This document shows, one piece after another, positions 28,402 to 36,268 of a stretch of 64,000 nucleotides of DNA. Below the pieces are notes generated by a model that saw only the letters and a program-made list of their open reading frames with translations, searched no databases and was not told the DNA's origin. The position numbers and the translations under genes are program-made. Positions within the stretch are counted from its first letter, which is position 1. Every line of letters begins with the position of its first letter. Origin of the DNA: an uncultured Prevotella sp. (GTDB lineage Bacteria > Bacteroidota > Bacteroidia > Bacteroidales > Bacteroidaceae); NCBI GenBank assembly GCA_900543585.1, contig UQRP01000009.1, positions 995-64,994 of the forward strand. The letters are read 5' to 3'.

Positions 28402-28416
28402 AACAATTATTCCTCC

Positions 28417-28737
28417 CTATCTTTGATAATGATTCGACAATTCCATAATGTTGCAGATAGTAACAGTCTTTTCTGCCCCAACTAATTCTGAGCGAAATTC
28501 TATACGGTACTGGTTATTCACCCGAACTGACTCTCTGTCTTTTTTATCACCAATAAGCCGTTCATAATGCAAAGACTTGAAGCGAAACAAATCCTCCACT
28601 GATTCAAGAGATTCCATAAGGTCTATTACCCTAATATATTTCTTCACTATCTGAGGCTGAAAACGATGCTGTTTATCATCTGTCTTACCTCTATAGTAAA
28701 GTTCACTCAAATAGTCTTGCTCAAACTTTATTTCCAT
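28417..28737 (-). CDS. higB: HigB/RelE-family toxin
   Basis: 'MEIKF...L..LY', 'SLHYERL.GD' and 'SVRVNNQYRIEF'; toxin lies upstream of the antitoxin. Confidence 0.85.
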   Translation of the reverse strand: MEIKFEQDYLSELYYRGKTDDKQHRFQPQIVKKYIRVIDLMESLESVEDLFRFKSLHYERLIGDKKDRESVRVNNQYRIEFRSELVGAEKTVTICNIMELSNHYQR

Positions 28738-28753
28738 TCCGCAACCTTTTATG

Positions 28754-28794
28754 CAAAGGTAATACTTTATCTCGACATTCGCAACAAATGCGAA
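28754..28794 (-). promoter_or_regulatory. higBA promoter with a probable operator palindrome
   Basis: -7 box TACCTTTG (minus strand, 28754-28761) and TTCGCA-N5-TGCGAA at 28778-28794 over the -33 region. Confidence 0.55.
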
Positions 28795-29055
28795 CTTTTT
28801 ATTTTTCATATCCGTTAAGAAGACAGATTTAGAGTTTGCAAACAGCGTTTTTACCCCGCCATCAATAATTTATGCCAGGCTAAAGCCGCCGAGTTGATGT
28901 TGCTATAAATTATTTATGGCAAGGTAAATTAAGCTATAAAGAGAAGTAGCACAAACCTTTCTTCCACTTACAAGACACCGAGAAGACAGATTGGCACATC
29001 CATATAGAAACAAAAGGCAAAGGAATGAGACATCAGCAAAGGATGGACCACGCTC

Positions 29056-29382
29056 AATCACAAATCACAAATCACAAATCACATTAAGGTACTTCACATG
29101 TTCCCGCAATGGAATATGGGAGAAGAGAAATTCTACCCATGGAAAGAATAAACCCATGGAAAGAATAAACCCATGGAAAGAATAAGAAGTGGAAAGGATA
29201 GGGTCTCCTACTTAAGGTAGGAAATAATAATAATTATAATAATATTATTATATTAATTATATATATTAAGTATATATTATATATCTATATATAATAATGT
29301 ACGCGTAAATGAAAAATTCTGCGGAGGAGCTTTAGGAAACCATCTACTACCTTTTTGTGATTTGTGATTTGTGATTTGTGAT
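29056..29382. repeat. Inverted (AAATCAC)n arrays enclosing 3 x 17-bp direct repeats and an A/T tract
   Basis: About 4 heptamers at 29056-29083, inverted at 29356-29382; acccatggaaagaataa x3 at 29135-29185; 29222-29298 contains only two G/C bases. Confidence 0.85.
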
Positions 29383-29598
29383 AACGAAAACCAGGAGCTA
29401 TCCGGTGCACCTGGATATGTAGCATTGGGAATAAAAGGCATGTCAAGAAGAGAAACTGTGATAATGTGATTTGTGACGAAATAAAAAGCTCAGCGATAAG
29501 GAAATAGTCGGCAGAAAATTTGGTAGGGTGGAGAAATCTTTGTAATTTTGCACCCGCTATTATTGGCAGAACATTATTAATTACATCATAAGAAAACA

Positions 29599-29850
29599 AT
29601 GAAAAAAGGTATTCATCCAGAAAACTATCGCCCCGTCGTGTTCAAGGACATGTCCAACGGCGATATGTTCCTTACAAAGTCTACATGCAAGACTACAGAG
29701 ACAGTAGAGTTTGAAGGCGAGACTTACCCCGTGGTAAAGGTAGAAATCTCAAGCAGCTCTCACCCCTTCTATACTGGTAAGAGCAAGCTCGTCGACACAG
29801 CTGGTCGTGTTGACCGCTTCATGAACCGCTACGGTAAGCTGAAGAAGTAA
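29599..29850 (+). CDS. rpmE: 50S ribosomal protein L31, type B
   Basis: '[17 protein letters not shown]...[13 protein letters not shown]...DTAGRVDRF'; no CxxC pairs. Confidence 0.95.
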   Translation: MKKGIHPENYRPVVFKDMSNGDMFLTKSTCKTTETVEFEGETYPVVKVEISSSSHPFYTGKSKLVDTAGRVDRFMNRYGKLKK

Positions 29851-29895
29851 GGAAGCCTTCACCTTGGCCACTAAGCCAAGGAGACAAGATATACT

Positions 29896-29945
29896 AAGGG
29901 TACGACAGAACGTAGTTGCATATACGGTCTTTCGTACCCTTTTTA
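29896..29945 (+). terminator. Intrinsic terminator after rpmE
   Basis: aagggtacga...tcgtaccct followed by a T tract. Confidence 0.65.
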
Positions 29946-29965
29946 TCTCTTATAACCACTATACT

Positions 29966-30847
29966 ATGAAATTAAGAATCCTACCTTTTCTTTTCCTCGC
30001 CCTTACAATGACCGCTTGCGGCAGCGACAGCAGCGACGGCACGGGCAGCAGTGAATCGGCAAATACCAACTCCAACTTTGCCAACGCCAACCCTGCAACA
30101 CATCGCCTGGAGTTTCCAAAGCTCAAAGACGCTACCACCAATATCGTCATCGTACATAACTCCGGCGGCGAGGTCAACTACAGCGTGGAATACGATACCA
30201 ACAAGAAGCTCTCACGCTGGAGCTGTTACGAGATTTATGCGTCCAACAGAGAAACACATACGCAACGCTACCGTTCTGACTCCAACCAATATCCCCAAGA
30301 CCCGCAGTTAGATTCAAAATACCGCTGGAGCACAGACCCCTTCTGGCGCAGCGGCAACTCTCACGGGCACCTTTGTCCCTCTGACGACCGTCGAAATTCA
30401 TACAATGCTAACTATCAGACATTTTATCTGACCAACATGCTACCCCAAAATCAAGCCTTTAATGGTGGAACGTGGGAATACATGGAGGAGTGGGTGCGCA
30501 ATCAGATAACGACCGTGAGCAAGGATACGCTTTATGTCGTCAAAGGCGGCACTATAGACAACGCAAGCCAATATACGACGATGGACCGCACCGGTGGCAA
30601 GCTTACCATCCCAAAATATTATTATATGGCAGTGCTCATGCGCAACAGCAGCGGATATAAAGCCATGGGATTTTGGATAGAGCATAAAGCTAACAGCACG
30701 AAGAACCTGACGCCCTATGTCGTCAATATTGACAAGCTGGAGTCGCTCACAGGTATCGACTTCTTCTGCAACCTCCCCGATGACATAGAAAACCACGTGG
30801 AGAGTCTGCCCGTGGAGAATGTGAAAAAAGCGTGGGGATTCAAATAA
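29966..30847 (+). CDS. DNA/RNA non-specific endonuclease (His-Me, NucA/EndoG-like), lipoprotein
   Basis: Lipobox TAC; 'HGHLCPS.D', 'TFYLTNMLPQ...FN.G.W..ME' and 'LESLTGIDFF'. Confidence 0.9.
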   Translation: MKLRILPFLFLALTMTACGSDSSDGTGSSESANTNSNFANANPATHRLEFPKLKDATTNIVIVHNSGGEVNYSVEYDTNKKLSRWSCYEIYASNRETHTQRYRSDSNQYPQDPQLDSKYRWSTDPFWRSGNSHGHLCPSDDRRNSYNANYQTFYLTNMLPQNQAFNGGTWEYMEEWVRNQITTVSKDTLYVVKGGTIDNASQYTTMDRTGGKLTIPKYYYMAVLMRNSSGYKAMGFWIEHKANSTKNLTPYVVNIDKLESLTGIDFFCNLPDDIENHVESLPVENVKKAWGFK

Positions 30848-30877
30848 ATCTGACTTTAGTACAGCATAATAACAACA

Positions 30878-30906
30878 TAGGGGCGGTCCTCAGCGGCCCG
30901 CCCCTA
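30878..30906. terminator. Hairpin between convergent genes
   Basis: taggggcgg...ccgccccta. Confidence 0.6.
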
Positions 30907-30923
30907 CATTTTACACCTTGAAT

Positions 30924-31595
30924 TTATCTTCTTGTATTCAGTTGCATCGTGCCGCCGGTCAACGGGGTGATGCTGTTGCCAGAACCGATGACGCGGTTGC
31001 TGACGGAGGCAGCTCGTGTTGCCGACTTAGCCTCGTTGTTGGTCTGACGCTTGAGGTCGATGTAGATAAGGTCGTTGTTGTTGGTACCTATCATATAACC
31101 GCTGAATATTCCATTAGCCTCATCCAAGTGGAAGCCATGCTGACTGGCGCTAAGGTCCATGACGAATGTAAGGCCATTGCCTGTGAGATAGCGGATGTAG
31201 ATGTCTCCCGTATTCTCATCGATATACCAGTTGAACTTCAATGTTTGAGTATCCGAGACATTGCCATTGGCGTCCAGGGTGTAGTCAACCTCGGTACCGG
31301 TGCCTTTAATGGCATTGCTGTTGTTCTGCACAAATGTCATATTGGCATAGAACTGACTCCTCTGGCCATTGTCGCCATTGGTATATGTCATCGTACCATC
31401 CCATTCGCCATTGAGAATCTCAGCCTCATCGAGGACGGTGTTACCATTATTGTCCTGGTAACCGCCACCATTATAGTTGGCATTGTTATAGGCATCCATC
31501 CAAGGGTCATCCCACGGGTCATCATCACAGCTTGTGAAGAAAGCCGGAGAAGCAACCAGCATAGCCGTTGCTATGAGCGTAAAAATCTTTTTCAT
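30924..31595 (-). CDS. Hypothetical lipoprotein
   Basis: MKK start, lipobox FTSC followed by DDD, beta-rich body 'LNGEWDG'. Confidence 0.75.
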   Translation of the reverse strand: MKKIFTLIATAMLVASPAFFTSCDDDPWDDPWMDAYNNANYNGGGYQDNNGNTVLDEAEILNGEWDGTMTYTNGDNGQRSQFYANMTFVQNNSNAIKGTGTEVDYTLDANGNVSDTQTLKFNWYIDENTGDIYIRYLTGNGLTFVMDLSASQHGFHLDEANGIFSGYMIGTNNNDLIYIDLKRQTNNEAKSATRAASVSNRVIGSGNSITPLTGGTMQLNTRR

Positions 31596-31620
31596 AGTTG
31601 TATTCTTTTTAATTCTGCTG

Positions 31621-31702
31621 CAAAAATACACACTATTTATTGAATAGCAAGGGTATTTTTCCTATTCGTCAGAGGATTTTCCCTATTGAAGATAGGGAAA
31701 AC
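31621..31702 (-). promoter_or_regulatory. Promoter with tandem TAGG(G/A)AAAAT(C/A)C sites (21-bp period) and -7 box TATTTTTG
   Basis: On the minus strand: sites at 31674-31685 and 31653-31664, -7 box at 31621-31628, plus an inverted site at 31693-31702. Confidence 0.6.
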
Positions 31703-31808
31703 CAAAAAAACTAAAATTTAGCCCGTCAGTCTTGCAGTATGGCATCTTTTTTGTATTTTTGCACCTACATAATATTTAAACACATCATAAAGGAAAAGCA
31801 AGAAAAAG

Positions 31809-32363
31809 ATGAGAACTGTTTATGAATACTCAGTGAAAGACCGCAAGGGCAATGAAGTTTCACTGAAAGAGTATGCTAACGAGGTATTACTCATTGTAAA
31901 CACCGCCACAAAGTGTGGCTTCACGCCCCAGTACGAGGAGCTTGAAAATCTCTACAAGACATACCACGCTCAGGGCTTCGAGATCCTTGACTTCCCATGC
32001 AACCAGTTTGGCCAGCAGGCTCCCGGCACCGACGAGAGTATCCATAACTTCTGTAAGCTCACCTACGGCACTGAGTTTCCGCAGTTCAAAAAGATAAAAG
32101 TCAATGGCGATGACGCTGCCCCGCTCTATAAATTCCTTAAAGAGCAGAAAGGCTTCGCCGGTTGGGATGAGACCCACCCTATCTACCCCATCCTCGACAA
32201 GATGCTCTCTGAGGCTGACCCCAACTACAAGGAGAGCCCCGACATCAAGTGGAACTTCACCAAGTTCCTCATCAACAAGAAGGGGCAGGTCGTCAAGCGC
32301 TATGAGCCTACCGAAAAGATAGCCAACATCGCCAAGGACATCGAGGAGCTCCTCAACGCCTAA
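31809..32363 (+). CDS. Glutathione peroxidase family (Cys-type)
   Basis: 'VNTATKCGFTPQY', 'FPCNQFGQQ' and 'IKWNFTKFL'. Confidence 0.95.
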   Translation: MRTVYEYSVKDRKGNEVSLKEYANEVLLIVNTATKCGFTPQYEELENLYKTYHAQGFEILDFPCNQFGQQAPGTDESIHNFCKLTYGTEFPQFKKIKVNGDDAAPLYKFLKEQKGFAGWDETHPIYPILDKMLSEADPNYKESPDIKWNFTKFLINKKGQVVKRYEPTEKIANIAKDIEELLNA

Positions 32364-32391
32364 CGATTGTTTCACTTAATAACACCCAACT

Positions 32392-33324
32392 ATGGAAAAC
32401 ACAAAATGCTTGATAATAGGCAGTGGACCTGCCGGTTACACTGCCGCCGTCTATGCGGGTCGCGCCAATCTGAGTCCTATCCAGTATAGCGGTCTCCAGC
32501 CTGGCGGCCAGCTCACCACGACCTCTATCGTAGAGAACTTCCCCGGTTTCCCCGACGGCATCGACGCCAACCAGCTCATGATGGACATGCGCCAGCAGGC
32601 TGAGAAGTTCGGTGCTGATGTCCGCGACGGTGTCATCACCGACGTCGACTTCTCTCAGAAGCCTTATGTGGCCACCGTTGACAATGGCGACAAGATAGCC
32701 GCTGAGACCATCATCATCGCTACCGGTGCCTCTGCCAAATACCTCGGTCTTGCCGACGAGCAGAAATACAGCGGCCAGGGCGTCTCAGCCTGCGCTACCT
32801 GCGACGGATTCTTCTACCGCAAGAAGGTCGTGGCCGTGGTGGGCGGTGGCGACACAGCCTGTGAGGAAGCCACCTACCTCTCCGGACTGGCCAACAAGGT
32901 CTATATGATTGTCCGCAAGCCTTATCTCCGCGCCACAGAGATTATGAAAAAGCGCGTGGAGGAGAACCCGAAGATAGAAATCCTCTATGAGACCAACACG
33001 CTCGGTCTCTACGGCGACAACGGTCTGGAGGGTGCTCACCTCGTATGGCGCAAGGGCGAGGCTGACGAGAAGAAATACGACCTGCCTATCGACGGCTTCT
33101 TCCTCGCCATCGGCCATAAGCCCAACACCGACATCTTCCGTGGTAAGCTCGACATGGATGCCGTGGGATATATCCGCACCGAGCGCGACACACCGCGCAC
33201 CAGCGTGGAGGGTGTCTTTGCTGCCGGCGACTGCGCCGACCCCACCTACCGCCAGGCCATCGTGGCTGCCGGAAGCGGCTGCAAGGCTGCTATAGAGGTG
33301 GAGAGATACCTCGCCGCAAAATAG
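32392..33324 (+). CDS. trxB: Thioredoxin reductase
   Basis: 'GSGPAGYTAA', 'SACATCDGFF', 'VVGGGDTA' and 'GVFAAGD'. Confidence 0.95.
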   Translation: MENTKCLIIGSGPAGYTAAVYAGRANLSPIQYSGLQPGGQLTTTSIVENFPGFPDGIDANQLMMDMRQQAEKFGADVRDGVITDVDFSQKPYVATVDNGDKIAAETIIIATGASAKYLGLADEQKYSGQGVSACATCDGFFYRKKVVAVVGGGDTACEEATYLSGLANKVYMIVRKPYLRATEIMKKRVEENPKIEILYETNTLGLYGDNGLEGAHLVWRKGEADEKKYDLPIDGFFLAIGHKPNTDIFRGKLDMDAVGYIRTERDTPRTSVEGVFAAGDCADPTYRQAIVAAGSGCKAAIEVERYLAAK

Positions 33325-33332
33325 GATTTAGT

Positions 33333-33485
33333 AGAAGTCCGGAAATTTTGCTGAGAAGTCCGGAAGGACAGTCTGAAGGCCAGAAGTCCGGAAGTCCGGA
33401 AGTCCAGTCATATGATTAAGCATCTGCCTATCAGGTAGTGCTATAGTAATGACTGGACTTCCGGACTTCCGGCCTTCTGGGCTTC
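33333..33485. repeat. GAAGTCC heptamer array forming a 37-bp hairpin
   Basis: 33375-33411 pairs with 33449-33485 (2 mismatches); extra agaagtccggaa copies lie upstream. Confidence 0.85.
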
Positions 33486-33561
33486 TAAAAAAATATACGA
33501 ATGCAGTTGCTGCATTCGTTTTTTTTTCTTAAATTTGCCACATTAAACCAAAATACGAGCC

Positions 33562-36255
33562 ATGGTCCATAGGCTACTTCCGTTAACACTCTTCTTTTTT
33601 GCGGCCGCGCCGCTGCATGCACAACTTCAGCAGACTTTCTCACCCGACTCTCTCGGCAAGGTGCCCGTAGGCATCGAGACGGGCTCGGTGGATGTCATCG
33701 GCCAGAATCGGATGAACAAAGGTATTGTCACCAACCCGCTCTCCGCCCTCAACGGTCAGGCGGCCGGTGTGACCATCAGCAACGGTGAAGACCGCATGGC
33801 ACAGCTCTCCTCTGTGCGTGTGCGTGGTACCACCTCGCTGACGGGCGGCAACGACCCGCTCATCATCATCGACGGCATATATTCCGACCTCGCCACGCTC
33901 TCCACCATCTACCCCGCCGACATCGAGAGCTTCGCCATCCTGCGCAATGCCGCCGAGACAGCGAAGTATGGCTCACGTGGTGCCTCCGGTGTGATAGAAG
34001 TGAGGACGAAGAAAGGCTCCGGAGGCCAATTCCACATCTCCTACGATAATAACTTAGGCTTTGAGACGGTGTATAAGAACATCGAGATGCTCAATGCCGC
34101 GGAATATGTGGCCACGGCAAAGGAGCTTGGGGTAGCCTACAAAGACGACGGCTACGACACCAACTTCCGCGATGCCATCACGCGCACGGGATTCGTGCAG
34201 AACCACCATGTCGCCTTCACCGGTGGCGGTGCCAACAGCAGCTACCGTGCCTCACTGGCCTACACCAGCAACACCACCGTCATCGACATGAGGGGCATGC
34301 ACAACTTCGTGGCCAAGCTCGACCTCACGCAGAAGGCGTTCGACAACCACCTCACCATCGACTTCGGTGTCTTCGGCTCCTCACAGAAGACGAAAGGCAT
34401 CTTCGACGAGCAGATGCTCTTCTACTCTGCCGCCACACAGAACCCTACCATTGCCGCCGACGCCATCAGCAAGAATGGCAACGCATTGGAAATCAACCCG
34501 CCACGGACCGTCCTGCGCGAGAAGAACGACACGCGCAACATGAACTTCGACACCCACCTCGACATGACCGTCAGTCTGCCCCTTGACTTGAAGTTGGTGC
34601 TCCGCGGCTCCTACGCCTTCAACTCCACCGAGAACGCACAGTTCTGCCCGACATGGCTGTGGGCCCAGGGCCAGGCCTACCGTGGGGAGCATAAGAGTGA
34701 GGACTGGCTGGCCAATGCCACTTTAGACTGGCACCACACCTGGGGCATCCATGACCTCAGCGCACAGCTCCTCGGTGAATATCAGAGCACCCATCGCACA
34801 GGCTTCTGGACTACCGTCAAAGGCTTCACTACCAACGACTTCACCTACAACAACCTCGGTGCGGGCTCCATACGCCCCTATGGCGGCACCGGCTCCGACT
34901 ATGCCGACCCTTCCCTGGCCTCCGGCATGGTCAGCGCCACCTACATGCTGCTCAAGCGCTATATCCTCTCGGCCACACTGCGCGCCGACGGTTCGTCAAT
35001 GGTCGGCGACAACAACCGCTGGGGATGGTTCCCGTCGGTGTCAGCCAACTGGGATGCCATCGAGGAGCCGTTTATGAAGCCCCTCAAGCCCATCGTCTCC
35101 ATGCTGAAGCTGCGCACGGGCTATGGTGTCACTGGTAACTTGGGCGCCATCACATCCTATACCACCCTCAACACGGTGGCACCCATCGGCATCGTCTCTA
35201 TAGGCGGCTCTCCAACGATGACCCTGGGCTCACTGAAGAATGCCAACCCTGACCTGAAATGGGAGAAGCGTGCCACCTTCAACATCGGTGCCGACATGGG
35301 CTTCTGGAATAATCGTATCCTACTCACGGCGGAATACTACTACTCAAAGACCACCGACATGCTCTACCAATACGATGTCCCCGTACCACCTTTCACCTAC
35401 AACAAGCTCTTAGCCAACATCGGCTCGATGGAGAACAGAGGTGTGGAGATAGGCTTTGCCATCACACCCCTGCAGAAGAAGGATATGGAGCTGAACATCA
35501 ACGTGAACATGTCCTTCCAGAAGAATAAACTGCTCTCCCTCTCCGGCAACTACAACGGCTATGAGCTTTCGGCCCCCGACGTCACGGCCATCGGCACCCT
35601 CCTTGGCGCCGGACAGCAGGGCGGCAACTCCAATGTTCTCTATCAGATAGTAGGCCAGCCCCTCGGTGTCTTCTATCTACCTCATTGCAAGGGCATTGTA
35701 GACCGTGGCAACGGCTATAAGATGTATGATTTGGAAGACCTCAACGGCGATGGCGAGATAGACCTCAGCGACAACGGCGGCGACCGGCGCATCTGCGGGC
35801 AGGCTACACCGAAGATGACCCTTGGCTCGAATATCAGCTTCAGATATAAAGACTTCGACATCTCGCTACAGATGAACGGAGCCTTCGGCCATAAGATTTT
35901 CAACGGCACCTCGTTGGCATATTATAATATGTCGTCCTTCCCCGACTATAATGTCATGAAGGATGCGCCACAGCGGAAGATTGTAGACCAGAATGTCTCT
36001 GACTACTGGCTGGAGAGTGGCGACTACCTCAACTTCGACTACCTCACCATTGGCTGGAATGTGCCCGTTAAGAGCCGCTATATCTCTGCCCTGCGCATCT
36101 CCGCCTCCGTCAACAACTTAGCCACTATCACCTCGTACAGCGGTCTGACCCCGATGATTAACAACTACATCGTCTCCAACACCCTTGGCATCGACGACAA
36201 GCGGTCGTACCCCGTCTACAGAACGTGGTCGATGGGCGTCAGCATACAGTTCTAA
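33562..36255 (+). CDS. SusC/RagA-family TonB-dependent transporter
   Basis: 'RVRGTTSL...NDPLIIIDG', 'YGSRGASGVI', 'NPDLKWE' and C-terminal 'YP..RTWSMGVSIQF'. Confidence 0.95.
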   Translation: MVHRLLPLTLFFFAAAPLHAQLQQTFSPDSLGKVPVGIETGSVDVIGQNRMNKGIVTNPLSALNGQAAGVTISNGEDRMAQLSSVRVRGTTSLTGGNDPLIIIDGIYSDLATLSTIYPADIESFAILRNAAETAKYGSRGASGVIEVRTKKGSGGQFHISYDNNLGFETVYKNIEMLNAAEYVATAKELGVAYKDDGYDTNFRDAITRTGFVQNHHVAFTGGGANSSYRASLAYTSNTTVIDMRGMHNFVAKLDLTQKAFDNHLTIDFGVFGSSQKTKGIFDEQMLFYSAATQNPTIAADAISKNGNALEINPPRTVLREKNDTRNMNFDTHLDMTVSLPLDLKLVLRGSYAFNSTENAQFCPTWLWAQGQAYRGEHKSEDWLANATLDWHHTWGIHDLSAQLLGEYQSTHRTGFWTTVKGFTTNDFTYNNLGAGSIRPYGGTGSDYADPSLASGMVSATYMLLKRYILSATLRADGSSMVGDNNRWGWFPSVSANWDAIEEPFMKPLKPIVSMLKLRTGYGVTGNLGAITSYTTLNTVAPIGIVSIGGSPTMTLGSLKNANPDLKWEKRATFNIGADMGFWNNRILLTAEYYYSKTTDMLYQYDVPVPPFTYNKLLANIGSMENRGVEIGFAITPLQKKDMELNINVNMSFQKNKLLSLSGNYNGYELSAPDVTAIGTLLGAGQQGGNSNVLYQIVGQPLGVFYLPHCKGIVDRGNGYKMYDLEDLNGDGEIDLSDNGGDRRICGQATPKMTLGSNISFRYKDFDISLQMNGAFGHKIFNGTSLAYYNMSSFPDYNVMKDAPQRKIVDQNVSDYWLESGDYLNFDYLTIGWNVPVKSRYISALRISASVNNLATITSYSGLTPMINNYIVSNTLGIDDKRSYPVYRTWSMGVSIQF

Positions 36256-36268
36256 ACAAGAAAGCATT

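Noticed and set aside
29222..29298. Chromosomal oriC
   Set aside because: No clear TTATCCACA-type DnaA boxes or typical oriC-linked genes were seen; it cannot be excluded without genome-wide skew data.
28991..29599. ORFs 28991-29185 (+) and 29285-29599 (-)
   Set aside because: They are made of heptamer and 17-mer repeat translations (ITNHKSQ) with no credible coding signal.
31809..32363. Selenocysteine or recoding in the glutathione peroxidase
   Set aside because: The active-site codon is TGT (Cys) and the ORF is uninterrupted.
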